A DNA stretch of 64,000 nt from Octopus bimaculoides (lineage: Eukaryota), in NCBI RefSeq assembly GCF_001194135.2, contig NC_068984.1, positions 132,582,256-132,646,255 of the forward strand, given 5' to 3'. This document shows, piece by piece, positions 1 through 12,673 of this stretch. How positions within the stretch are numbered: position 1 is the stretch's first letter; each line of letters begins with the position of its first letter. Below the pieces are notes generated by a model. The model saw only the letters and a program-made list of their open reading frames with translations. It was not told the origin of the DNA and did not search any database. The position numbers and the translations under genes are program-made.

Positions 1-600
1 TATATATATTTAAATGAAATATTCAAACACTGAGATTTGAAGTTAGATGTCACTACTGTTCATATCATCTGTGGATCAATTCAAAATTTGATGATATCAC
101 CAGTAGTAGCATTGGTGGAACGCAGTTATGATAGCTTTAAGGAGCTATGAAATATCGTAATGATGCTTAATGAGCATCTAGCTGCTAGAAATAAGAGCCA
201 AGTCTTAAATAATCCACCGTAGCGCACCTATATATATATATGAAAGCGTGTAATGTGTCTTTAATTTTCTATCCTTTACTTCTTTTAGTCATTACACTGC
301 GGCCGTGCTGAGGCACCGGCATAGATAGATAGATAGATAGATTGATAGATAGATAGATAGATCTATCACAGGCGTTCTACCGTTGGACTAAGAAAACCTT
401 CGAATTCTTCTATTGGTTTAATGTGAATTTATAATCTGGGTCTTGAAGCTGGAGGTTTCGATGGACATATGCATGAATGTATGTGTATATGTTTGTAGTG
501 TGTGTGTGTGTGTGTGAGCCTGTTTATGTGATTTCTGATAGTACCTTCTGGGATTGATGTTTACTCTGTAATTTGTCGAATTTATCAAACTGGTCTACTT

Positions 601-653
<53 letters not shown>

Positions 654-1032
654 TGTTTGAAGTGGTGTACAGATATTGTATATTAAGAAAATGGAGGCAA
701 TCAGTATTTTAGATATTTTTTTTATTAGCGCTTTTGTTCGTTTAACCGAACTCTTCTAGAAAATAAATCCAAGATGATAAAACAGGAAATTTCTTCGTCT
801 TTTTATACGAATCGAAAGGGGCTGTTGCTTTGCCTTTGTTTAGAAGAGGAGAAATTTTGCGTTTATCAATTTGTGTTGTAAGATTCATGATGTGAAATCG
901 TGTGTTGAAACAGATGTTGTTGTATTTCGAGACGGTCATTATTTTTTTTTTTTTTTTGCCAAATAAACACACGCACTATATATATTTTTTCTTCACTCGT
1001 TTATTAACTCTTCTTATTTTATTATTTTAATC

Positions 1033-1094
<62 letters not shown>

Positions 1095-1439
1095 CAAAAA
1101 AACAATAACAAAAAAACAACAAAGTGAGGACGTGATATGGATAGTATTATTGGACGCTCAGGAAAGGAAAGAGAGAGTGTTATATATATATATACCAAAT
1201 CCACTCACAAGGCTTTGGTCGACCTGAGGCTATAGTAGAAGATACTTGCCCAAGGCGCCACGCAGTGGGACTGAACCCAGAACCATGTGGTTGGTAAGCA
1301 AGCTACCTACTACACAGCCATTCCTGCGTGGGGTGGGGCTGTTTATGTGATTTCTGATAGTACCTTCTGGGATTGATGTTTACAAAGTAATTTGTCGAAT
1401 TTATCAAACTGGTCTACTTTATATAATTAGACATCAATG

Positions 1440-1690
1440 TGAAGAGAGAGACAGAGAGAAATAAGGAGAGTGAGAGAGAGAGAGAGATAGTGCTGAAGAG
1501 ACTGTGTGAGGGAGAGAAAGAAATGGAGAAAGGCAGAGAGAGGAGAGAAAGTGAGAAAGGGAAGGAGAGAGAGAGAAAAAAACAGCGAGAGAGAAAAAAA
1601 CAGAGCGAGAGAGAAAACAGAGAGAGATAGAAAACAGAAAGAGAGAGAGAACAGACAGACAGAGGGAGAAAGAAGAGAGAGAGAACAGAG
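1440..1690. repeat. (AG)n-rich low-complexity tract
   Basis: Source of the spurious R/E-rich and S/L-rich ORFs. Confidence 0.9.
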
Positions 1691-1807
1691 GAACCAGCCT
1701 CATGAGAATTGTGTTTGTTAGTAAATGTGGATTTGTTTTTTTATGTGATTGTTCTTGTTGCTATTACTGCAGTCGTTGATGTAATTAGTGATTTGTAACA
1801 TAGAGAC

Positions 1808-1920
1808 TCAGCTAGACCAGGCCAGATCAGGCCAAACCAGACCAGACTAGACCAGGCCAGACATGATCAGACCTGGCCAGACCTGACCAGACCAGTCCAG
1901 GCCAGAGTAGGCCAAGATAG
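1808..1920. repeat. Degenerate pentanucleotide (CCAGA/CCAGG) array
   Basis: gaccaggccagatcaggccaaaccagaccagactagaccaggccag... Confidence 0.85.
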
Positions 1921-2224
1921 GTCTCTGATTTTCATGGGAGAGAAATCGAGTCCACGAAGGAGCCTCTACGCAGACGTTTGATTTGCTAGAAATAACAGAC
2001 AGAACTTTCTAGCATCACACTTTAACTTACAAAAAGATACGTTGGATAGTAGAGTCCTGGATTCCCTGCACGTACAGGATGGTCACGACTGGATCAGCTC
2101 GATTAGGATTGAATTGAGGTTAAACAAAAACCAAAACCAGAGCACAACGATTATAGTTGTAGTTGAAATTATAGTTGGCTGATATAGAGGACTGGAAGCC
2201 ATCTAAATATTGGAAAAGAGTTAC

Positions 2225-2520
2225 CTGTATCATGGTAGTTCGCACCTGGCATCAAAATGCCGATATCAAGGCTGCTGCTCAATGCTCTGTGAACACTGTA
2301 AAGGCTGTTAGACATGGACAGCTGCATTAGAGACCAGCATGAAGGGATACAGCGTCTGCACGCTGAAGTTCATCCCCACATCTTAGAACTGGGCCTTAGG
2401 CTCAATTCAGACGTCTTTGTAATACTGCTGGAAGGTCGTATGTGTGGCAGCAGGGTTCGGCTCCTTGCCATACCTCCGGAGAGAGTTAGAGGTAATTGTC
2501 AGAGAATTTCTATGACTTCT
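2225..2520 (+). mobile_element. Decayed, internally deleted Tc1/mariner (maT/DD37D-like) transposase fragment
   Basis: Pieces translate as AAAQCSVNTVKAVRH, PHILELGLRLNSD and AGRSYVWQQGSAPCHTS..LSENFYDF with stops; interrupted by a SINE at 2524. Confidence 0.7.
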
Positions 2521-2523
2521 TGT

Positions 2524-2706
2524 GGAGGCGCAATGGCCCAGTGATTAGGGCGACGGACTCGCGGTCGTAGGATCGCGGTTTCGATTCCCAGACCTGGCGT
2601 TGTGAGTGTTTATTGAGCGAAAACACCTAAAGCTCCACGAGGCTCCGGCAGGGGATGGTGGTGAACCCTGCTGTACTCTTTCACCACAACTTTCTCTCAC
2701 TCTTTC
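2524..2706 (+). mobile_element. SINE family A, 3'-truncated
   Basis: Same head and body start; older relatives at ~49344-49690 and ~56239-56400. Confidence 0.88.
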
Positions 2707-3596
2707 TTAAATACACCAGCATCGGTTGTCAAGCGATGTGGGAGAACAAACTCTAGTAAAAGATAAAAGATGTCTTTACCGGCGACGACGACCACCGCCT
2801 CCACAACCACCCATCNNNNNNNNNNATATATATATATATATACGACGGGCTTCTTTCAGTTTCCGTCTACCAAATCCACTCACAAGGCTTTGGTCGGCCC
2901 GAGGCTATAGTGGAAGACACTTGCCCAAGGTGTCACGCAGGGGGACTGAACCCGGAACCATGTGGTTGGTAAGCAAGCTACTTACCACACACCCACTCCT
3001 ACGCCTATACATTTTTTTTGACCGAACCACTAAATTACAAACCAACACCGGTTGTCAAGCGATGTGGGAGAACAAACTCTAGTAAAAGATAAAAGATGTC
3101 TTTACCGGCGACGACGACCACCGCCTCCACAACCACCCATCATTACAATCACCACCAACACCACCATCACCCCTACGCGTACCACCACCTTCACTGCCAT
3201 CGTACCATTCCTACCATCTTCATCAATATCACTGTACCCACCCCACACGCCCTCCGCGTCCATCCCAACCCTGTATCGTCAGCTCGAGATTATAGTTTGA
3301 TAGACAGAAGGCGTGTCTCAATTAATAAAAAGAAACAAAAGGCCTTATAGTAAGCATCAACAGACAGGTTTTATTGTGTCACCCCCTACTACAATAGGTA
3401 AAGCAAAAGAAACCGGAGATGTTTTTATGTTAAAGTTGACTCAATCAATATTTACACACACCAATCTCGGCGTCCATTAATAGCAGTGTTATATCAACTT
3501 CGACCAATTCAGATAAAGACAGCCTTACTCAAGAAAAACCACTGAGACTCTATAATTGCCGATGAAGCCGTTCGTAAAAGCCGGCATTTGCTGATG

Positions 3597-3627
3597 TTAC
3601 TGCTGCTGCTGATGATGATGATGATGA

Positions 3628-3665
<38 letters not shown>

Positions 3666-3779
3666 GCGACGACGACGGCGACGACGACGACGAAGAGGGA
3701 GGTGGTGGTGGTGGCGGCGGCGGCGGCGGCGGCGAGGAGGAGGAGGAGGATGTGGAGGACGTGGAGGAGGAGGAGGCAC
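3597..3779. repeat. Compound trinucleotide microsatellite (CTG)(GAT)(GAC)(GTG)(GCG)(GAG)
   Basis: Direct reading. Confidence 0.95.
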
Positions 3780-4538
3780 TTGCTATTGTTAAGAGGTTTC
3801 GGTCAACTCTATTTGAGTAGAGCCATTATGATAGATAAGCAGCTGACAAAAGAGTTGTTCGATTAATATTCTATTCGTATAGCGTTCTCTTTACTGTGAA
3901 AACATCTTCGACGGCGTCAAAAGACAATCATCGTTTATGCATAGGTAAAGAAACAGTCTTGAAAGATTACAATGAAATAACATAAAGCATTAGAGTTTAA
4001 TGATTATACGTTGAGGAGTTAACAGGTAATTATAGAGGAGACTGTTAAAAGACATTTGGCTATTACTTCAGTGTTAAGCATAAATACTACATAAATTAGT
4101 CCAGCTAATGCATGTACACTAAGGTACGAGGGCACTAAAGCCGCTCAACGGGGCCGGAAGACCAAAGCGCGTCGTGGAAATCGAGGAAGGATGGGTCTTT
4201 GTAGACGTCGGGATGCATATCACATCCGAGTTTAAGTAGATGCGTGATTTACAGCTGTACGGCGGTATACCATAAATGATAATGGACGAGGTCTAGTGGT
4301 GCGAAAATCTTAATTCATCTTCAGAAAGAAGCAGATGCTGTGCCTGTCTGTGCGATATGTATGACACCGGGACCTCATAATCCTCTCTACAGACTTCATT
4401 GTAGCTTCCTTGGAAGATGTTAATTGTAATTTGCTGCAGACCAAAGATTTCCTAGTCGTGTGAGCTAGAAAATAGTAATGCTGCTGAGGACGATGTAGTG
4501 GATAACTTCAGTCTCAGTTTTATCGCGAGTAAACTCTA

Positions 4539-4752
4539 CGAAGGGGCACTGGAAAGTTCCTGGCTTTAAGGATGTCGCAAAAGGCCTGGCTAGAGGCCCA
4601 ATCTTCAGACTTCTTTTACAGGGTTTAGAAAAACTGAAGGACCACTGCAATAAGTGTGTGTGAATCTGAAAGGGAAATATGTTGAATAAAATCAAAATTA
4701 ACTGATCTACCGGTGTTTTCTGTTACTCAAAGCCAGGAACTTTTCAGCACCT
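4539..4752 (+). mobile_element. Mariner-derived MITE
   Basis: ta|cgaaggggcactggaaagttcctggcttt ... aaagccaggaacttttcagcac; same family at 28998 and 29300. Confidence 0.85.
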
Positions 4753-5990
4753 GCCACATATCTCATACAATACATCATACAGAAGGCTGAGATGAAACCT
4801 AGCTTTGGTGGGGAGCTGATCAATTTGAATCAGTCTGGAGTATCCCATAGAGTCCATGCTCTGTACCTTCAACGAAGACCACGTCAAACGAACAAAAAAA
4901 AAATTTTTATGACACATCATGCACCAAACACATATAGAACACAATAAATTCAGATGTGTATTAATGGTTTCTGAAAGGTGGCGAGCTGGCAGAATCGTTA
5001 GCACTCCGGGCAAAATGCTTAGCGGCATTTCGTCCGTCTTTACGTTCTGAGTTCAAATTCCGCCGAGGTCGACTTTGCTTTTTATCCTCTTTGCCTTTCA
5101 TCCTCAAGCACTGGGGATCGATGTATTCGACTTATTCCCTCCCCCGAAATTTCAGGCCTTGTGCCTCTTGTAGAAAGGTATATTAATGGTTTCTGATATA
5201 GGTGCAAGGCATGAACTTTTGTAGGGAGAAGACTAATCGACTACGTCGACTCCAGTTTTTAGCTGGTACTTTATTTCATCGACTCCGAAAGTATAAAAGG
5301 CAAAGTCGACCTCAGGGGAATGTGATCTCAGAAAGTAAAGACGAANNNNNNNNNNNNNNNNNNNNNNNNNNNNNNNNNNNNNNNNNNNNNNNNNNNNNNN
5401 NNNNNNNNNNNNNNNNNNNNNNNNNNNNNNNNNNNNNNNNNNNNNNNNNNNNNNNNNNNNNNNNNNNNNNNNNNNNNNNNNNNNNNNNNNNNNNNNNNNN
5501 NNNNNNNNNNNNNNNNNNNNNNNNNNNNNNNNNNNNNNNNNNNNNNNNNNNNNNNNNNNNNNNNNNNNNNNNNNNNNNNNNNNNNNNNNNNNNNNNNNNN
5601 NNNNNNNNNNNNNNNNNNNNNNNNNNNNNNNNNNNNNNNNNNNNNNNNNNNNNNNNNNNNNNNNNNNNNNNNNNNNNNNNNNNNNNNNNNNNNNNNTATA
5701 TATATATATATATATATGCGAGAAACTAGTTTGAATGTATGCATTTGCATGCATACATACAAATGCGATAACACCTATAATACTAAGACAAACATGTTGC
5801 CATTGGAAAACAACTAGAAGTAATGAATGAAGAATACGAGAAACTCGAAGCATAACCAACAGTAAAATTCAAACAAAAGTTCACCATCTCTACAAGTAAT
5901 TGACAATTACATGAGAGAACAATTAACACACAAACCGAAAGAAAACCTACTGAACTGGTATTGTCTACGACCTAGTAGCTAATAACTTAC

Positions 5991-6053
5991 AGCGATCGAG
6001 AATTCCAGCTTTAGGGCATTAAATGTACTGTTATACTGTGCTACGTTTTCCAT
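5991..6053 (-). CDS. Candidate first coding exon of a gene running left (MENVAQYNSTFNALKLEFSIA)
   Basis: ggaATGg Kozak-like start, 21 open codons, perfect donor gct|GTAAGT, pyrimidine-rich leader upstream and T-rich intron-like sequence downstream; no second exon found. Confidence 0.4.
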
Positions 6054-6105
6054 TCCTCAACGGATGGAAGTAAGAGAGACCGATCGTAATTAGAAAGAGA
6101 CAACC

Positions 6106-6177
6106 AAAATGGATGACCGCTCTGCAGAAAAAATGGATGACCGCTCTGCAGAAAAAATGGATAACCTCTCTGGAGAG
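6106..6177. repeat. 24-bp tandem repeat, 2 perfect plus 1 degenerate unit
   Basis: aaaatggatgaccgctctgcagaa x2, then aaaatggataacctctctggagag. Confidence 0.9.
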
Positions 6178-7561
6178 AAATGTCGACAGACGCTAAAAAC
6201 ATATTGGGCAATTAGATGCTATCATAAAATGCAAATGAATAATATTTTCACGAACCACCAGTTGCAATTTTAAACGGACAAACTAATAACCATTAAACAC
6301 GAAATGAAAAAGCTCAGTGAAAAACTTCGTTATCGAAAAATATTCCCCAACCAGTAGCGTAACTGGAGGGGGGGGGCAAGGTGAACACATGCTCCGGGCA
6401 CCGATTGAAGCGGGGGGATCAGAATTGGCTATCTATGAACCACTGATAAGGAGTTTGCAAGTGTATCCAGTTCCCAAGATACACTTTCAGTTTCACAGTT
6501 TATTGGAGCAACGGGATTCTTTGAACGTGGGATCTTGAGGCGAAAATGCAAATCCTTGATTGATATACTACAAATCATCGCGATATCTAGGACTATAAAG
6601 ATCTGCAAGACCTTAAGATTTAAAGAATGCTTTCCTTCACAACCTTGCTACCAAGTAGGTGGCCGATCAAAATTTATTCTGAATTAAAAAAAGGAAAAAC
6701 ACATACAAATATGACTGTGCATGCGTTTATGTATGCATGCATTTGTATATGCGTGAGTTTGTGTGTGTGTCGGGGATATGTGAATGTGTGTACGTGTATG
6801 TTTGCATTTGTACACGAGTATGTGGGGGAGGGAGCGCGTGCGTGAGTATGTACTTGCGAAATTCTTACTGGAGTAAAGGAAGATCATTCACATTGTAAAT
6901 AATACAGATCATAAAAATAAAGGGAAGTCACCCCCGTTTAAGAAATCAATTCTTGAAAACGAAGACAACATAAGTTGTGTCCCTTCGATAAAGACTTGTC
7001 TAACTGGCTTAATGCATTACTGATTGTAATTACATTTTTGCTTATAGATAGTCTAATAGATAAAATAGAGAATTTCGTAGCCTCTCATACGAAACAGAAT
7101 ACATTTTTAAAAATCTGAAGTAATCATCAGAGATCTTTCTGCTTTGAGCAGAAACTGCATGAGCTACCTAAAGATGTTACAAGTTATCCTGATGGTAATT
7201 AAAATTATTTCATTGTTGGAAACCTTTGTCTCCTCAGTAATACGTATGACAAGCGATTTTCCCCCTTAGACAGTGGCTTTGCCTGAATCAAGCATCGAGG
7301 ACTCAATTAGCCTTCGCTTGCAGAAGAGCTCCATCTGGAGTTTCTTGTCAGCCACGATCACAACAGAACAGGATTCATGAATATCTCTGATCGTGGCTTT
7401 CTTCAGTCGTTTGGGTTCCAAAACAATCTTCTGCCAGAAATAGCCCACTGACCTAGCTGGGAAGCTGCGACAACCGAATTCAATACATAATGAGGCAGCA
7501 TGACAATTTTTGATATGTATCTCATCAACCAAGACTTTCTTCAGTTGGTTAGAAATATGTC

Positions 7562-7872
7562 TGTAGTAACGCCGTGCGCATGCGTAGTCTTACGCATGCG
7601 TAGAATTAAACAACCAAGCGTTCCCGCTCAATTCATTCTCTTTCTCGCTGGCCAGCGATTGAGCATGGACGTATTTAAGCTGTCTCTCTACATGTTTCGG
7701 ACTTACACTCGACAGCTCGCTCACAACTACAGAACAACGTCCCAACAACTATGCTCATACACACAGAAGCTGTAACAACAAGAACTAAAGATGTATATAT
7801 TTACCACCTGAATAAAGTGTTGTTTAAGTTGATAGTCTGGAGTTCAGCGTTCCGTTATATTCTTTAATTACA
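7562..7872. mobile_element. LTR-like insert (possible solo LTR)
   Basis: TGTAGT...ATTACA ends, TATA-like tracts, AATAAA near 7811 and a GT-rich downstream segment; no TSD found. Confidence 0.45.
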
Positions 7873-8632
7873 TAGTAGGAAAGTCAGGTATACATCTAAA
7901 GATGTATAACCCACTTTCTACTAAATGTCCTCGCAGGATATTAGTTTGGTCGCTATGATCATTTCCGTGCTCCTGGATAGAAGAACCGTATCTGGTCAGA
8001 GCGCTGTTAAACCAACTTTCTTCAGGAAAGATGAGTCTGTTCTTCAGATCCAGTTGCATCTCTCAGTCAAAGCTCTCATGCAAAACAGAGAATGGGTCCT
8101 CCGTGGTTGCTTTTTACCTTAGGAGCCTTCTTACCTTCCCTTAAGAATCAAATACATTTTGGTGGTGATGCTTGTTGTTAAAATACATTCATGAAGGAGT
8201 TTGACACTCGACATCAGTAACCCTCTGTATAAATTTTCCAGTGAAGGGAACCTGAAAACCAAGCTCTCTTTCTGGTACCGCTTGATTTATTTTATAAATG
8301 TTTTATAATGAAAAGCTTCGTGGACTTTAAAAACCCTCTTAGAACACTATACAAAATTCAATAGGGCTTATTAATTTTCTGGTGAATCATTACATATCCG
8401 GCAATTTAACTCCAATGGTTGGTTTTATGAATAAATAGCTTTAAATTATTAAGAAGCAACAAAGAATTAAACAAGTGGATAACTGATCTAAGAACTAACA
8501 ACAGCATCTAACCTAGAGTTAAAAGCAACTTATCAAGAGAGTTTTGAAATAAATGTATATTTTGCTGTATAAATCATATCTTGAATATACATATATGATA
8601 TAATATAATATAATATATATGTACATCTATAT

Positions 8633-9323
8633 NNNNNNNNNNNNNNNNNNNNNNNNNNNNNNNNNNNNNNNNNNNNNNNNNNNNNNNNNNNNNNNNNNNN
8701 NNNNNNNNNNNNNNNNNNNNNNNNNNNNNNNNNNNNNNNNNNNNNNNNNNNNNNNNNNNNNNNNNNNNNNNNNNNNNNNNNNNNNNNNNNNNNNNNNNNN
8801 NNNNNNNNNNNNNNNNNNNNNNNNNNNNNNNNNNNNNNNNNNNNNNNNNNNNNNNNNNNNNNNNNNNNNNNNNNNNNNNNNNNNNNNNNNNNNNNNNNNN
8901 NNNNNNNNNNNNNNNNNNNNNNNNNNNNNNNNNNNNNNNNNNNNNNNNNNNNNNNNNNNNNNNNNNNNNNNNNNNNNNNNNNNNNNNNNNNNNNNNNNNN
9001 NNNNNNNNNNNNNNNNNNNNNNNNNNNNNNNNNNNNNNNNNNNNNNNNNNNNNNNNNNNNNNNNNNNNNNNNNNNNNNNNNNNNNNNNNNNNNNNNNNNN
9101 NNNNNNNNNNNNNNNNNNNNNNNNNNNNNNNNNNNNNNNNNNNNNNNNNNNNNNNNNNNNNNNNNNNNNNNNNNNNNNNNNNNNNNNNNNNNNNNNNNNN
9201 NNNNNNNNNNNNNNNNNNNNNNNNNNNNNNNNNNNNNNNNNNNNNNNNNNNNNNNNNNNNNNNNNNNNNNNNNNNNNNNNNNNNNNNNNNNNNNNNNNNN
9301 NNNNNNNNNNNNNNNNNNNNNNN
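8633..9323. other. Scaffold N-gap (others: 2816-2825, 5346-5696, 38581-38590, ~53629-53725, 54501-54937, 55205-55214, 62612-62621)
   Basis: Runs of N, mostly flanked by (TA)n or repeats. Confidence 1.
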
Positions 9324-10654
9324 TATATATATATATATATATATATATCATATATATCATAGAATACAGATAACATATTGTGTGTGTGTGTGTGTCACAA
9401 CCTTCTTCAGTTTCCTTCTATTTTTCTTTTGGTATATCCTGTCACTTTCACTATGGATGCGATAGACATGCTTCTATTGTTCTACTAATTACTACACCTG
9501 TACATCCATCCTCTAACCACTCACTTTAATCTGGTCGTCTTTAATTACTAAAGGCAATGAATACACCTGCTAACCCTAACCCTAACCCTAACCCCAGACA
9601 TAACGAAAAACCTTCAGTGGATATGAAAATCGCGACTCAGTAACTGGTTAAGTAATATATAACCCATTTGGTTATTTGTCTTGCACACTTGCCTAAGGTT
9701 TCATACTCTGTTAAAAAGTAAAATCGTTGTCTATAAATAGACAGATCTGCCTTTTGTCAGATTTGCTGCCAGTCTTAATTGCTTTAATTTAATCTTTAAA
9801 TTATAGCATTCGTTCGTCAAATTATCTGTAATACAGTTGACGTTGACTAGATCCAATTAGCTTTGCACTCAGAGGACCGAGATAATGTATAGGACTAACT
9901 TACAGATCTATCGTCTCAGATATGCTACAGTGTTTCAGTTAAATCTGGGTAATATTGCACATTCTGTTTGTTTTCATGAAGTTGTAATTCAATAGTCATT
10001 AAAAGTAATTGGTAAACAATTTGCTCTTAAAGTTTGTATTATGTAAAAAAAAAAAAACATTAATTTAAGGTAAATATGGTGGGTTTGGTTGGAGTGAGAA
10101 AACAACGAATTTACGAGAGGAAAGGTCGAGAGTTGTAATCTGTTGTATTATGAGGCGGTGAGCTGGCAATATCATTAACTAGTCGGACAAAATGCTTAGC
10201 GGCATTTCTTCCGGTTCTTTATGCTTTGGGTTCAAATTCTGCCGCGGTCGACATGGCCGTTCATCCTTTCGGGGTCGATAAAATAAGTGACCATTCGAAC
10301 ACTTGGGTCGATGTAATCAACTTACTTCCACCCTTAAAATTGCTAGTCTTCTGCCAAAATTTGAAACCGTATTGTAAGGTAGCAAGTTGGCAGAATCGTT
10401 AGAGAGTCGAGAAAACTGTGGTGCTTTCCACGCATTTTCGATCGAATCTCCTTCGAATTAACAAGGGATCCCTTGACGACAACGTAAACTTCATTTGATT
10501 AAGGTATCTTTGGCTCAACGAGCAGCTAGCGGATTACCCCTCGTTTGGGCAATTACCACTTCCTAGGTTCTGCTGGCTATGAAACATATATAGCCTGAAT
10601 TTTATCTACTCCATTCCCTAGTTTGGGAGTGTGTGTGTGTGTGTGTGTACAATA

Positions 10655-11285
10655 AACACTAGAAATGTACAGAAAATAAACTCCATCAAATACTATGGTG
10701 GAAAACTAGAAGTAGTCGATAGCTTCCGTTATCTAGGTGACCGAGTCAGCAGTGATCCGAGTGTTCCGAGAGCGTAGCTGCTAGAATAAGAATAGGCTGG
10801 GCAAAGTTCAAAGAGCTTCTACCTCAGTTGGTAACAAAGGGCCTCTCCTTCAGAAAGGCAGACTGTATGATACCTGTGTGCAAACAACTATGCTACATGG
10901 CAGTGAAACGTGGGCTGTGACCGCAGAGATCATGCGAAGGCTTGAAAGAAATGAAACTAGTACGTTTCGATGGATGTGCAATATCAGTGTGCATGTACTA
11001 CAGAGCGTAAATATCATGAGAGAAAAACTGGATATAAGAGGCATCAGGTGTGCTGTGCGAGAGAGACGAATGCACTGGTATGGTCGTGTGATGCGTATGG
11101 ATGAAGACAGCTATGTAAAGAAGTGCCGATCTTTAACTGTGGAGGGAACCTGTGGAAGAGGTAAACCCAGGAAGACATGGGACGAGGTGGTGAAGCATGA
11201 TTTTCGAATGCTGGGCCTAACGGAAGCGATGACAAGTGACCAAGACCTTTGACGATAATGCTGTGCTTAAGAAAACTCGAGAAAG
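10655..11285 (+). mobile_element. RTE-clade LINE, 3' ORF fragment
   Basis: KLEVVDSFRYLGD, ARIRIGWAKFKELLP, MLHGSETWAV..MRRLERNE..RWMC, RMHWYGRVMRM, GRGKPRKTWDEVV; frameshifted. Confidence 0.92.
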
Positions 11286-12576
11286 TGCATTGTGATCAGC
11301 GGTGTATAACAACATCCAATAGTTTGATCAATATAATGATGCTATATACATCTATATATAACACAATTGTGGATCGGTTATTCTTCACTTTAAGACATCA
11401 TGATACGAGCAATCAGCTGTCTTTCAATTTAAGCTATCACTATTTTTCAACAAAATTCTCCCACTCCTCAAGGAAAGAAATGATTCGAAATAAGAAACGT
11501 GTTTCAGGAACAGGAAACACGTTCCTCTAAAGACTGCCATTGCAAAATATTTTATCAAAGACTTGCCGCAAGTGGATATGTAGCGTAACAAAATTGGGAT
11601 TTTGAAAGAAGTATCTATATAATGATAATTCCAGTTGTTTGAAATGTAGAAAAGAATACTTTTGATTAAAGGAAAGAATAATGGGACAAAATCATCCTAA
11701 TTTCCTCTCGCTTACTCTCTTTTTCTGTCAGAGAAACAAGTGGCCACGGTGGACCAAACCAAAATAAGGAGTCCTTACGCAGTTGCTTGACTTGCCAGAA
11801 ATAATAGCCCTGCCCTGTCATATTTGTTTCAAATGTTAGCACAAAGCCAGCAAGTTCAAGGGAGGGGTTAAGTCGATTACTTCAACCCCAGTGTTCGACT
11901 GGTACTTATTTTATCGACCCTGAAAGGATGAAAGGCAAAGTCGGCTTCGGCGGAATTTGAACTCAGAACGTAAAAACGGACGAAATGTTGCAAAGCATTT
12001 CACCTGTCATGGCAACGATTCTGCCAGCTCGCTGTTCTGCTCTGCCCCGATCGGGATTTCAAGCGACGAACATTTTAACACCATTTAAAGGATAATAAAA
12101 TAAGGAAAGGACAGTGAATACTGTATCATAGGTTGTTTAGTGCAAGTTCTTGCCCGTGAATCGAAATATCTTAATGCAAAACAACCGTTCAAGTTGGAGA
12201 TCAACACAAACAATGGAGAAAATAGGTCTTAATTGATTCTTGTTTCTCTCTTAATTCATTCTTTAATTTTTATGTATATGAGAACTATTCCGAAAGTCTG
12301 CCAGTATAGTTTTGAGGAAAGAAACAGAAGAAATAGAACTCAATACATGAGTGGGTGTATGCGTGTTTGTGTGTGTGTGTGTGTATGCACATATGCACAC
12401 ACACACACACACACACTATATATATATATTGAGAGAGAGTGGGAGAGAGATGTGTGTGTGTGTGTGTGTGTGTGTTATCAACAACGCACGCAGTCATCAA
12501 ACACTTTGTGCATGGTTACGTATTTCATTACCGAGAACCAACTCTCATTTTACATTAACTCCGGAGTATGCGCATT

Positions 12577-12609
12577 TATATAAACCTTGATTCCTTCCCT
12601 TCGTCATTC
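12577..12609 (+). promoter_or_regulatory. TMA7 core promoter: TATA box plus Inr
   Basis: TATATAAA at 12577-12584 and TCATTC (Inr TCAKTY, A at 12606) spaced 29 nt apart, 52 nt upstream of the ATG. Confidence 0.6.
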
Positions 12610-12657
12610 ACAATCAAAGGAAAGTTCGCGTTTTTTTTCTCTGAAACTTAATTTAAA

Positions 12658-12673
12658 ATGTCTGGACGTTCTG
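12658..12673 (+). CDS. TMA7: TMA7 exon 1 (MSGRS+G)
   Basis: aaaATG tct gga cgt tct g|gtatgt; phase 1 matches exon 2. Confidence 0.88.

Noticed and set aside
742-972. 76-aa minus ORF followed by AATAAA as a terminal exon of the 6053 gene
   Set aside because: No splice acceptor found; the start lies in a poly-A/T run
2723-3141. 93-bp identical duplication giving twin ORFs MSSDVGEQTLVK...
   Set aside because: Straddles a 10-N gap and a SINE; likely misassembly or haplotype duplication; the ORFs are SINE plus microsatellite sequence
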